DNA from: Candidatus Moraniibacteriota bacterium
GTDB taxonomy: Bacteria; Patescibacteriota; Minisyncoccia; Moranbacterales; UBA1568
Length of the DNA: 64,000 nt
Assembly (NCBI GenBank): GCA_052034935.1
Contig: JBPOIB010000009.1
Span: forward strand, 2,357-66,356
Direction: 5' to 3'
The notes under the pieces were generated by a model, which worked only from the letters and a program-made list of their open reading frames with translations, searched no databases and was not told the DNA's origin. Of the stretch, positions 1 to 9,128 are shown in pieces. A program made the translations under genes and the position numbers. Each line of letters opens with the position of its first letter. Position 1 is the first letter of the stretch.

Positions 1-128
1 TGTAGCTTACTCGCTCCTTTCGAATCCGTCCTCTGGCTTGTCCACGAGTTATACTGCAAAAGGAAGTCTCAGCATGTCATCTCCGCCTTATCCTGTCAAT
101 GCACATTGTGGTTAAGGATTCACTATAA

Positions 129-144
129 ATACTATAGGTAGTAT
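129..144. promoter_or_regulatory. perfect inverted repeat ATACTA-TAGG-TAGTAT upstream of peroxiredoxin/SOD genes (candidate operator)
   Basis: 6-bp arms are exact reverse complements with 4-bp spacer; 150 nt upstream of first ATG. Confidence 0.25.
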
Positions 145-200
145 ATGAGCCTATTTTTTATCGTTCACTGACCCTGTTTACTGCTTATTTCCGCATTCAG

Positions 201-229
201 TTGACACGTATTTTTGAGCTCTCTATCAT
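201..229 (+). promoter_or_regulatory. candidate sigma70-like promoter (TTGACA-17 nt-TATCAT)
   Basis: TTGACA 201-206, 17-nt spacer, TATCAT 224-229; 64 nt upstream of ATG 293. Confidence 0.35.
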
Positions 230-292
230 AGTGAAGCGTCACTCAATTTCGAGGTCGCCAAACACAATTTTTTACCCATTTTTACCAACACT

Positions 293-937
293 ATGTACCA
301 ACAAGAAGGGTGCTGCGGGGGCGGATGCTGCGAACAGGAAGAAGTGACAAAGGCACCGGCATTCTTTCCGGTCATCGGCGAGACTGTGCCAAATCTCGAG
401 TTCGATTATTACCACAAAGAATCGTTTCATAAGTCGCACTTTTCTGACTATCGTGGAAAGTGGGTTGTCGTGTTCTTCTACCCGGCCGACTTCACCTTCG
501 TCTGCCCGACCGAGCTCGAGGAGATGCAGAAGAATTACGCGAAGTTTCAAGAGATGGGCGCTGAAGTGCTCTCCGTTTCAACCGACACCAAATTCACGCA
601 CAAGGCCTGGCATGATCATTCACCCGCCATCAAGACGCTCGAGTATCCGATGATTGCTGATCCGTCCGGTGAGATTTCTGATGCGTTCGGTGTACTCATC
701 CATGAAGGTGACGATAAGGGTTTGGCACTCCGCGGTTCCTTCATCATCGATCCAGACGGCATCCTCCAGGCGTATGAGGTTCATGCCAACAATGTCGGCC
801 GAAGCGCCGATGAACTCCTCCGGAAGCTCGAGGCAGCAATCTTCGTCCGTGAGCACCACGGCGAAGTCTGTCCGGCCAACTGGAAGAAGGGCAGCAAAAC
901 GCTGAAGCCCGGTATCGATCTCGTCGGGAAAATCTAA
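293..937 (+). CDS. 2-Cys peroxiredoxin (AhpC/Prx1 family) with unusual N-terminal CCGGGCC extension
   Basis: FVCPTE peroxidatic-Cys motif, C-terminal resolving Cys in EVCP; ATG 293; possible alternative GTG start at ~341 would remove Cys-rich extension. Confidence 0.85.
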   Translation: MYQQEGCCGGGCCEQEEVTKAPAFFPVIGETVPNLEFDYYHKESFHKSHFSDYRGKWVVVFFYPADFTFVCPTELEEMQKNYAKFQEMGAEVLSVSTDTKFTHKAWHDHSPAIKTLEYPMIADPSGEISDAFGVLIHEGDDKGLALRGSFIIDPDGILQAYEVHANNVGRSADELLRKLEAAIFVREHHGEVCPANWKKGSKTLKPGIDLVGKI

Positions 938-948
938 AACAAACACCT

Positions 949-1530
949 ATGCCGTACGGTGCAAAAAACTACTCGCATCTTCTCGGACTGGCCGGTTTTT
1001 CGGAGGCACTCCTCACCAACCACTTCACCCTCTACGAAGGCTACGTAAAGAACACGAACGCTCTTTCCGATAAGCTGAAAGCGCTTGCTGAAAAAGGTGA
1101 GTTCTCGACGCCTGAGTTCGCCGAGTTGAAACGGCGGTTCGGTTGGGAATGGAACGGGATGCGCATGCATGAGCTCTACTTCGGCAATATGACGAAGGAG
1201 TCAACTATGCTCTCCAACGGCGCGCTCAAAGAGAAGCTTGTTCTCGGTTATGGCAGCGTCGAGAATTGGGAAAAGAATTTCGTCGGCACTGGCTCGATGC
1301 GCGGCATCGGCTGGGTCGTTCTCGCTGAAGATAGCGAGTCCGGCAAGCTCTACAACGTCTGGGTGAGCGAGCACGACGGAGGACACCTCATCGGCACAAA
1401 GCCGCTTCTTGTCATGGACGTCTTCGAGCACGCGTTCGTCCTCGACTACGGATTGAAACGGGCGGATTACATCGCGAGCTTCATGAGGGCAATCGATTGG
1501 ACGACCGTTGAAAAGCGCTTCACCGCCTAA
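949..1530 (+). CDS. Fe/Mn superoxide dismutase family protein (diverged)
   Basis: C-terminal DVFEHAFVLDY resembles SOD DVWEHAYY metal-ligand motif; N-terminal His-containing helices; 193 aa. Confidence 0.6.
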   Translation: MPYGAKNYSHLLGLAGFSEALLTNHFTLYEGYVKNTNALSDKLKALAEKGEFSTPEFAELKRRFGWEWNGMRMHELYFGNMTKESTMLSNGALKEKLVLGYGSVENWEKNFVGTGSMRGIGWVVLAEDSESGKLYNVWVSEHDGGHLIGTKPLLVMDVFEHAFVLDYGLKRADYIASFMRAIDWTTVEKRFTA

Positions 1531-1564
1531 CACCACTAACTCCAACTTCCGGAACACAAAAGCT

Positions 1565-4180
1565 ATGACCGTCGAGAAAATCCGCCGCCGCGATGGAGAA
1601 ATAATCCCGTTCGAGCGCGCCCGCATCGAGCGAGCAATCGAGCTTGCCTGCGATTCTATCGGAATGACCGATAAATCCTTCATCCCAACTGTTACCGACG
1701 AGGTCGTGAAAGACCTCGATAACATCTATGGTGAAATCTTTGTCAACCGTGTTCCCACGGTTGAAGATATCCAAGACATCGTCGAGCGGGAGCTCGTCAA
1801 GGCAAATTTTTTCGAACTGGCGAAAAGTTATATCATCTACCGCGAAGAGCGGCGGCGAGAGCGAGCCGAACGGCACGAGCGCCTCGTTCGTGAATTTGAA
1901 GAACGGACGCTCAAGGTTACCAAGGCGGACGGCACAAAGGAGCGGTTTGATGTGAATAAGCTGCGCGCCGTTTTTGACCGAGCCTCCAAAGGTTTCGAGG
2001 AAGAGTGCCGCTTCGAAGACCTCATGGACTCGTTCAAGAAGAATCTCGTCGACGATATCAAAACTTCTGATATTGAGGCGCTCCTCGTCAAGACTTGCAT
2101 CGACCTGGTAACCGTCGAGAATATCGCGTGGCAGAATATCGCCGCCCGCATCCTCCTCGGCGGGCTCTACAAGAAAGCGATCAAGAATCGCGGCATCAAT
2201 CAGAAGGATATCTATTCGCCCGAAGCATACAAAGCACACTTCGACGATTATATCGAGAAAGGCCTCTACTATAAGGACTTTTACCAGTACTATTCCGAAG
2301 CGGATATCGTTGAGGTCGGCCGACATCTTTCCAAGGAGACAGATGAGAGCTACGAGTACACAACCATCGTCTCCTTCATCAAGCGTTATCTCTTGAACCC
2401 GAACAAAGTCGTCCGCGAGCTGCCGCAGGAAATGTACATGTCGGTCGCGCTCTTTCTCGCGATACCGGAGAAGAAGGAGAATCGCGTCGCGCTCGCAATC
2501 AAAATCTATGAACATTGCTCAAAGCAGCGCATTTCGCTCCCGACCCCAACACTTCTCAATGCTCGGACGAACTATCATCAACTCTCCAGCTGCTTCAAAA
2601 TCAACGTCGATGACGATCTCCGCGGCATCTACCATGCCGTCGAGAATATGGCGCAGATCTCAAAGTTCGGCGGCGGTGTCGGCGTCTACCTCGGCAATGT
2701 CCGCGCTCGCGGTGGAGCGATCCGCGGGGTGAAGGGGATGAGCGGCGGTGTGAACCCATGGATCAAGGTGATTAATGACACAGCGGTCGCCGTCAACCAG
2801 CTCGGTAGCCGGCTCGGTGCCATCTCGGTGACACTCGACATGTGGCACCTCGACATCTATGATTTCCTCGACCTCCAGACGGAGACCGGCGACATCCGTT
2901 CCAAGGCCTTTGATATCTTTCCAGCCGTCTCGATTCCCGACCTGTTCATGAAACGCCTCCAGGAGGGGAAGGATTGGACACTCTTTGATCCGAACGAAGT
3001 AAAAAATCTCTACGGGAAGGCGCTCCAGGACCACTTCGGGGAAGAATTCGAAGCGTTTTATGAAATACTCGAGAAGGACGAGCGGCTCGAGATGCGAAAG
3101 ACCGTCAACTCAAAGGAACTCTTCAAGAAATTCCTGAAGACCACTGTCGAGACCGGCATGCCATATGTTTTCTTCCGTGATACCGTGAACCGCCTCAATC
3201 CGAACAAGCATGCCGGCAATATCTACTCAACCCAGCTCTGCACCGAAATCTGCCAGAACACTTCAGCATCGAAATTCATCAAGGAATCAATTGAGAATGG
3301 AGAAATCGTCCTTCGCTACGAACCGGGTGATCTGGTTGTCTGCAATCTCGCATCAATCAATGTCGCCACCGTCCATGAACCGAAGGTGATCGCCGATGTC
3401 TTCCCTGTCCTCATGCGCGTCCTCGACAATGTCATTACGCTCAACTACTACCCAATCCAGGAAGCCAAGCGGACCTCAGAACGCTATCGGTCCGTCGGCG
3501 TCGGCTACCTCGGTCTCGCCGAATACCTCGCCACCCGAAAAATCGCCTACGACACCGAAGAGGCGCGGCAGGAAACCGACCGACTCTTCGAACGCTACGC
3601 CTATCACACCTATCGCGCTTCAATCGACCTCGCCAAGGAACGCGGTACCTACGAGCTCTACCCAGGGAGTGAATACTCCAAAGGAATTCTCCTCGGCCGT
3701 ACTCTCGCCTGGTATGAGAAGAATACGCCGTTCGCGAGTGACTGGCGTACCCTTTTCACTGATATGAAGACTCACGGCGTCCGTTTTGCCTATCACACCG
3801 CTCCAGCACCGAACACTTCGACCGCTGGTGTCGTCGGTACTACCGCCGCCCTCCTCCCGATCTACAAGCGCTACTTCGTCGAGACGAACCTCTCGGCCCC
3901 GACTATCCGTGTCGCCCCGAAGCTCTCCAAGGACAACTTCTGGTTCTACAAAGAGTACACCCACATGGATATGGCCGATGTCATCAGCCTCATCGCTGTC
4001 GTCTACAAATGGGTTGATCAGTCAATCAGCTTCGAATGGATGATTGATCCAGCCAAGGTCTCACCAGCCCAGCTCTATGGCTATTACATCCAGGCCTGGG
4101 AGAAAGAAATCAAGACCGTTTACTATGTCCGGAGTCTCTCTGGCGAAGTAAAGGATGGTTGTGTCTCTTGCAGCGGCTAG
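1565..4180 (+). CDS. nrdA: ribonucleoside-diphosphate reductase alpha subunit (class I) with N-terminal ATP-cone
   Basis: ATP-cone VEKIRRRDGEIIPFERARIERAIELAC; catalytic LCTEI motif; C-terminal CVSCSG Cys pair; followed by nrdB; ATG 1565 chosen over overlapping upstream ATG 1508. Confidence 0.85.
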   Translation: MTVEKIRRRDGEIIPFERARIERAIELACDSIGMTDKSFIPTVTDEVVKDLDNIYGEIFVNRVPTVEDIQDIVERELVKANFFELAKSYIIYREERRRERAERHERLVREFEERTLKVTKADGTKERFDVNKLRAVFDRASKGFEEECRFEDLMDSFKKNLVDDIKTSDIEALLVKTCIDLVTVENIAWQNIAARILLGGLYKKAIKNRGINQKDIYSPEAYKAHFDDYIEKGLYYKDFYQYYSEADIVEVGRHLSKETDESYEYTTIVSFIKRYLLNPNKVVRELPQEMYMSVALFLAIPEKKENRVALAIKIYEHCSKQRISLPTPTLLNARTNYHQLSSCFKINVDDDLRGIYHAVENMAQISKFGGGVGVYLGNVRARGGAIRGVKGMSGGVNPWIKVINDTAVAVNQLGSRLGAISVTLDMWHLDIYDFLDLQTETGDIRSKAFDIFPAVSIPDLFMKRLQEGKDWTLFDPNEVKNLYGKALQDHFGEEFEAFYEILEKDERLEMRKTVNSKELFKKFLKTTVETGMPYVFFRDTVNRLNPNKHAGNIYSTQLCTEICQNTSASKFIKESIENGEIVLRYEPGDLVVCNLASINVATVHEPKVIADVFPVLMRVLDNVITLNYYPIQEAKRTSERYRSVGVGYLGLAEYLATRKIAYDTEEARQETDRLFERYAYHTYRASIDLAKERGTYELYPGSEYSKGILLGRTLAWYEKNTPFASDWRTLFTDMKTHGVRFAYHTAPAPNTSTAGVVGTTAALLPIYKRYFVETNLSAPTIRVAPKLSKDNFWFYKEYTHMDMADVISLIAVVYKWVDQSISFEWMIDPAKVSPAQLYGYYIQAWEKEIKTVYYVRSLSGEVKDGCVSCSG

Positions 4181-4216
4181 TATAACCGCAGAGAGCTGGA
4201 AACTACTAAATTCACC

Positions 4217-5266
4217 ATGTCTATGACCGCTGAAATGCAGAGCAACCGCCTCTTCAACCCTGAAGGAGACGATACCGTCGAACACCGCACTATCATCAAA
4301 GGTGCCACAACCGGCCTCTTCAACCTTAATGTGGTCAAATATCCTTGGGCCAAGTCACTCTACCAGGTCATGGTCGGGAACTTCTGGGTCCCAGAGAAGG
4401 TCTCCGGCCTCAAAGATGATGCGCGTATGTTCCATGGCGAACTCTCCCCTGAAGAGCAACGCGCCTATAAGGGCATCATCTCTTTCCTCACCTTTCTTGA
4501 TTCCCTGCAAACAGTGAACCTCCCGCACTTCTCGGACTATGTGACGAGCCCGGAGGTGAACCTCATCCTCTCGATCCAGGCCTACCAAGAAGCAATCCAC
4601 TCCCAGTCTTACGCAACTATCCTCGAGTCAGTCGTCGATTCGAAGGAGCGCGACGAAATCTACTACTTCTGGCGTACCGATAAGGTCCTCCTTGAGCGCA
4701 ACAAGTACATCGGACAGATCTATCAGGATTTCGTTGATGCACCGACTGACCGCAATTTCTTCCGCGGCATTGTCGCCAACTTTCTCCTCGAATCAATCTA
4801 CTTCTACAATGGTTTCGCCTTCTTCGACACACTGGTCGACCGGATGAAAATGCTCGCCACCGGCCGGATGATCGCCTATATCCGCCGAGACGAACTGACC
4901 CACGTCACGATCTTTTCGAACTTGATCCGCGAGATCAAACGCGAATTCCCAGATCTCTACGACGAAAAACTCATTGTTGAGATGATGAAAACAGCAGTGG
5001 ATCAAGAAGTCGAATGGTCCACCCATATCCTGGGCGACCGCATTCCCGGTATCAATGGAGAGACAACAGTCGGCTACACCAGGTGGCTCGCCAATCGCCG
5101 GCTCGCCATGCTCAATATCGACCCGCTTTACCCGGAAGCCATCAATAACCCCTACAAGCACCTCGACCGGCTCCAGGATGTGAACGGCGACAAGGGCAAT
5201 TTCTTCGAGACGACCGTCGTGAACTACACTCAATCGACCAGCATGAACGGTTCCTGGGAGTTCTAG
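4217..5266 (+). CDS. nrdB: ribonucleoside-diphosphate reductase beta subunit (di-iron R2)
   Basis: EAIHSQSY and iron-ligand E/H motifs typical of R2; adjacent to nrdA. Confidence 0.85.
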   Translation: MSMTAEMQSNRLFNPEGDDTVEHRTIIKGATTGLFNLNVVKYPWAKSLYQVMVGNFWVPEKVSGLKDDARMFHGELSPEEQRAYKGIISFLTFLDSLQTVNLPHFSDYVTSPEVNLILSIQAYQEAIHSQSYATILESVVDSKERDEIYYFWRTDKVLLERNKYIGQIYQDFVDAPTDRNFFRGIVANFLLESIYFYNGFAFFDTLVDRMKMLATGRMIAYIRRDELTHVTIFSNLIREIKREFPDLYDEKLIVEMMKTAVDQEVEWSTHILGDRIPGINGETTVGYTRWLANRRLAMLNIDPLYPEAINNPYKHLDRLQDVNGDKGNFFETTVVNYTQSTSMNGSWEF

Positions 5267-5315
5267 TATTCGACAAGTCGCGAAACAGGTGTCGAGTCCA
5301 CTCCCGATGACACAA

Positions 5316-5347
5316 AGAGTCCCTTTTCGAGGGGACTCTTTTGATTT
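5316..5347 (+). terminator. intrinsic terminator after nrdB
   Basis: 8-bp stem AGAGTCCC/GGGACTCT followed by TTTTGATTT. Confidence 0.7.
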
Positions 5348-5414
5348 ACTGGACGTATCCTGGTTTCTCAGCAGGAGAGAAAGCGGTGTATAATGAAAAA
5401 GCAAAAATCAAACT

Positions 5415-6683
5415 ATGAAAATTAAATTGTTCATTATCGCATTTGGGCTCGCGCTCTCCTTAGGAATTTTATCTCCTACGCAGGGTCTTTATGCCGCTTT
5501 GCCTGTACCACCTGTGGACAATCCAGCTGACTGCAACGCCCTCGGGGGACAATGCCAGGACGATCCTAACTGCTATCAGTATGCCGGGAATAAGCCACCA
5601 GGCAGCGTTGAATTTCTGGGTGTTTGCGATGGAGCTACTCAAAACAAGGCCTGCTGTGGTATCAAACCAATAGCAGCGGCTCCCGGAAGCGATCTCTACT
5701 GCACGAATACACTCAAAGGTAACTGCGTACAGAAAACGCAAACTTGTGGCAGTAAAGCGGTCAAGGTTGGCGACTGTACCACCGATACCGCGGGTGTGCA
5801 GCGCATCTGCTGCCAGACTCTCCCGGGTGCCCAAATCACCGGCCCCATGGTCGCACCATATAGTCTCCTCGAGAAGATTCCCGGTTCATCCAATACCGTC
5901 GGCAGCCTCAATACCTATCTCGAAGATATCTACCGCTTCGCTTTTTGGGCGGTCGGTATCGCAGTTGTCTTCATGCTCACCATCGGCGGTTTCATGTACC
6001 TGACTTCGGCGGGCAATACATCACGCCTCGGCACGGCGAAAACGATCATTTTCGACGCCTTCCTTGGCCTCATCCTCGCTCTCGTCGCTTGGCTATTCCT
6101 CAACCTCATCAATCCCAATCTGGTTGACTTGGCACTGCCAACCACCTCAGTCATTACCCCACCACCACCTCCGACTGATACCGGTGGAACATCCTCTACC
6201 CTCGCAGGAGTACTCAAGACAACACCCGGTGTTACCGTTAGTTCAGCTGGGGACTGCAAACTCGATGCGACCACACCCGTTTCACCCGACCTATCACTTC
6301 AGCAATCTGCTGATGGTGTGCCAGTAAACCATTGTCAGAAAGACTGCCCTTCGACTGGTTACTGCCTTGGGCAAACAACTTTGAGTGCAACCATGCTAAG
6401 TGCGCTCATCGAGGTCGCCAGCCTTTATCCGTTCACTATAACCAGCTTCACGGGTGGCAACCATAGCGGAAACAGCTCCCACTATTCTGGGCGAGCAGTC
6501 GACATCAAGCCTGCTGTTTCAGTTCCAAAGTCGGACTGGCCAAAGATTCAAACCTATCTCAGAAGTCAGGGCACAAATAAGGCGCGGCTTGTTATCTGTG
6601 ACATCTGGGATGCCGTCCAAAAAAAGAATGTTGGCATTAACTGTGACGACCCTCGCACTGACCATATTCATGCTGAGTGGTAG
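5415..6683 (+). CDS. secreted/membrane protein: signal peptide + two Cys-rich repeats + TrbC/VirB2-like pilin-type double-TM segment + C-terminal M15/LAS-type zinc peptidase domain
   Basis: N-terminal hydrophobic signal; repeated Cys patterns; hydrophobic pair YRFAFWAVGIAVVFMLTIGGFMYLTSAGN...IIFDAFLGLILALVAWLFLNLI; C-terminal SSHYSGRAVD (SxHxxGxAxD) and DHIH metal-ligand motifs. Confidence 0.5.
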   Translation: MKIKLFIIAFGLALSLGILSPTQGLYAALPVPPVDNPADCNALGGQCQDDPNCYQYAGNKPPGSVEFLGVCDGATQNKACCGIKPIAAAPGSDLYCTNTLKGNCVQKTQTCGSKAVKVGDCTTDTAGVQRICCQTLPGAQITGPMVAPYSLLEKIPGSSNTVGSLNTYLEDIYRFAFWAVGIAVVFMLTIGGFMYLTSAGNTSRLGTAKTIIFDAFLGLILALVAWLFLNLINPNLVDLALPTTSVITPPPPPTDTGGTSSTLAGVLKTTPGVTVSSAGDCKLDATTPVSPDLSLQQSADGVPVNHCQKDCPSTGYCLGQTTLSATMLSALIEVASLYPFTITSFTGGNHSGNSSHYSGRAVDIKPAVSVPKSDWPKIQTYLRSQGTNKARLVICDIWDAVQKKNVGINCDDPRTDHIHAEW

Positions 6684-6723
6684 AGCATCCGCTGGTGCCG
6701 TTTCTTGATAGCAATACCTGGCA

Positions 6724-7869
6724 ATGAAAAAACTCTTCATCCTCTCCGGATCCTTCTTTCTCTTGGTCCTCGCCTTTCTCGGGGTCTATAACTTTGCCTT
6801 CAAGCATAATACGCTTGATCCGGTCGCTGATCCGAAGAAAAAGGCTGAGGCGGAAGAAAAAAAGCAGGCCGAGATGGTGGAGTCATCGGCACGATCAGTC
6901 GCTTTCGAGCAGATTATCGGAGAAGCCGTTTTCCAACCGGTCATTGGGGAGTACAGCATCTTCTACTACTCCAAACGCGATAACGCCCTGAAGGAGGCTG
7001 GACTTGACGGAAAAGAGATCAAGGTCCGAGTTCCTCGGATCCCAGGCGAGGTGACCCGTGTCGTCTGGTCGCCGAATCGGATCCAGGCCCTCGTGCTGGC
7101 CAAAGTCGATGGTGGCAACCTCTGGCACCTCGCTGATCTCCGTAATCAGACGACGATACCGCTTCGAAACGATATGTCGCGTCTTGCCTGGACCAGCCTC
7201 GGCGACCGCATCCTCTACCAGTTTACAGATCCCGGGACCGGGGAACGGACGCTGAATATCGCCACACCGGACGGGTCGAACTGGAAAAAGCTCGCCGATC
7301 TCGGCCAGGAAGACCATTTCATCGCTGCTATCCCGCGGTCAAGCCTCATCGCCTTTTGGGAAAAAACTGACGCCGCTCGGGAAAGCGTCCTTGAGACGAT
7401 TACCGTGAACGGGGAAAATCGCCAAACTGTTATCACCGCCCGAGCAGGGGCGGATTTCATCTGGTCTCCAGACAATCAACATATCCTGGTTCAGAATACG
7501 AACACCACCGGAGGTAATGCTGTTGTTCTCGGGCTGACCGATGAGGATGGCGCCGGTTATCGCAATCTCTTCGCTCCCACTTTCATCTCAAAAACAGTCT
7601 GGTCAAAGGACAGCGAGACCATTTACTACGCTCTTCCAAGCACATTCCCAGCGGACGCGGTCATTCCGAATGACTACTATGCGAAACCGCTCTACACGAG
7701 CGACACTTTTTGGAAAATGAACATTCGTACTGGGAAAAAAGAGCGATTAGTACCGCTTGCCGAAATGACCGAGGGCTATGATGCGAGCGACATCTTTCTC
7801 TCACCAAGCGAAACCGACCTCTATTTCGTCGACCGCAAGACCGCGAAGTTCTACCGTATCACCCTCTGA
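6724..7869 (+). CDS. membrane-anchored TolB-like beta-propeller (PD40/WD40-like repeat) protein
   Basis: N-terminal TM; repeated WSPN/WSPDNQ-type PD40 motifs. Confidence 0.5.
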   Translation: MKKLFILSGSFFLLVLAFLGVYNFAFKHNTLDPVADPKKKAEAEEKKQAEMVESSARSVAFEQIIGEAVFQPVIGEYSIFYYSKRDNALKEAGLDGKEIKVRVPRIPGEVTRVVWSPNRIQALVLAKVDGGNLWHLADLRNQTTIPLRNDMSRLAWTSLGDRILYQFTDPGTGERTLNIATPDGSNWKKLADLGQEDHFIAAIPRSSLIAFWEKTDAARESVLETITVNGENRQTVITARAGADFIWSPDNQHILVQNTNTTGGNAVVLGLTDEDGAGYRNLFAPTFISKTVWSKDSETIYYALPSTFPADAVIPNDYYAKPLYTSDTFWKMNIRTGKKERLVPLAEMTEGYDASDIFLSPSETDLYFVDRKTAKFYRITL

Positions 7870-9124
7870 TCCGGAGAATTGCCAAGAGTAAGACAATCGA
7901 ACCCCAGACGGCCAGGACGAGGTCGTTTTTCATATATGGTGTATCCACCAGACCGTAGATAAGGTAGAAAAGAATGAGGGAAATGCCAAGAAGCGGCTCA
8001 GAAACAGCAGAATTATCTTGCTTTGACTTTCGCCACCAGCCTAAAAATGAGAACAGTACTGTAACAAGGACGCCAATCCACCCAACAAGAGCGAGGATCC
8101 CGCCCTCGAGAAGGAAATGGAGGGGGAGATTATGCGGTGTCGGCACAGCCCATTCGAGATATGGCGTGTATCTCTCTTGGTATTCCAGATACACGGCCTG
8201 GAAGCGAGCGGTCCCGATGCCGAAAAAAAGGTGCTCGCGAGCGATATCCACCCCGGTTCGCCAGATCATAATCCGCGAGGCAAACGACGAGCGTTCATGA
8301 AGGGAAACAAGTTGTTGCCATTTTTCCGATCCCTGCTCAAAAGAAAAAAAGAGGGAAAAAACAACCACCGGGAGCAGAAAAATAGGGGAAAAGCTTCGAA
8401 AATTCCTCTTTTTCGCGAATATAAGGACGCCGGATATCAATACCACGAGCGACACGGCCAGCCAGGCCGCATACGAACGCGTCAGAATGAGCGCACCGAG
8501 AGAAAGAAGCAAACCGAGAAGTCCAATGGCCCTCTCTCTTTCTCTACGAGCTGTGGCTATGAAGAATACCGAGAGAAGGACTCCGGGAGCAACCAGAAGC
8601 GCAAGGTAGTTAGCAGATTGATAGAGACCGGCCAGGCGGCCGTCGTAAAGGAAAAACCCCTCCAAGCCGGCAATGAGAGCAGCTAGGGCGGCAGCCATTA
8701 CGCCCCAAAGCCAGTTTTGCATTATCCAACGCCACCCACTCTCAGTTCTCACGCTCATGAATACGAAGAGAGCAAGGAGGAGCGGAACGACATAAAAGCC
8801 CTTGAGTCGGCCAAAAGTACTCGTTTCGTGTGGATTCAATAAAGCCGAAAGGACGATCGAAAAAAGGAAAAGTCCGGCGGAAAGAAAAAACCATCGATTT
8901 TCTCTGGCAAGTTCGCGAAAATCTCGAAAAAAACCAATTATGGACCTTTCTTTTAAGAAAATAAATATAGCAAGGATGAGGGGGAGCTCACCGAGGTAGA
9001 GCGGGAGTCCAAAGACTGAAAGGTGAGCGAGTGGAAAAAGGAGGAAAACACCACCCAAAAAAAGGATAGTGGGGCTCGGAAAAGTCGATTTTTCTTCTTT
9101 TTGCTCTTTCGTCAGCATTGCCAT
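7859..9124 (-). CDS. O-antigen ligase/Wzy-like polytopic membrane protein
   Basis: ~10-12 predicted TM helices with large loop, Wzy_C-like; tandem with paralogue. Confidence 0.55.
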   Translation of the reverse strand: MAMLTKEQKEEKSTFPSPTILFLGGVFLLFPLAHLSVFGLPLYLGELPLILAIFIFLKERSIIGFFRDFRELARENRWFFLSAGLFLFSIVLSALLNPHETSTFGRLKGFYVVPLLLALFVFMSVRTESGWRWIMQNWLWGVMAAALAALIAGLEGFFLYDGRLAGLYQSANYLALLVAPGVLLSVFFIATARRERERAIGLLGLLLSLGALILTRSYAAWLAVSLVVLISGVLIFAKKRNFRSFSPIFLLPVVVFSLFFSFEQGSEKWQQLVSLHERSSFASRIMIWRTGVDIAREHLFFGIGTARFQAVYLEYQERYTPYLEWAVPTPHNLPLHFLLEGGILALVGWIGVLVTVLFSFLGWWRKSKQDNSAVSEPLLGISLILFYLIYGLVDTPYMKNDLVLAVWGSIVLLLAILRIRG

Positions 9125-9128
9125 GCCG

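Noticed and set aside
1520-4043. Multiple antisense and alternative-frame ORFs inside nrdA (e.g. 1520-2515 minus; Ser/Pro/Arg-rich 3396-3767, 3786-4043)
   Set aside because: They are fully embedded in a well-supported RNR alpha CDS. Their low-complexity composition is typical of off-frame translation of GC-rich coding DNA.
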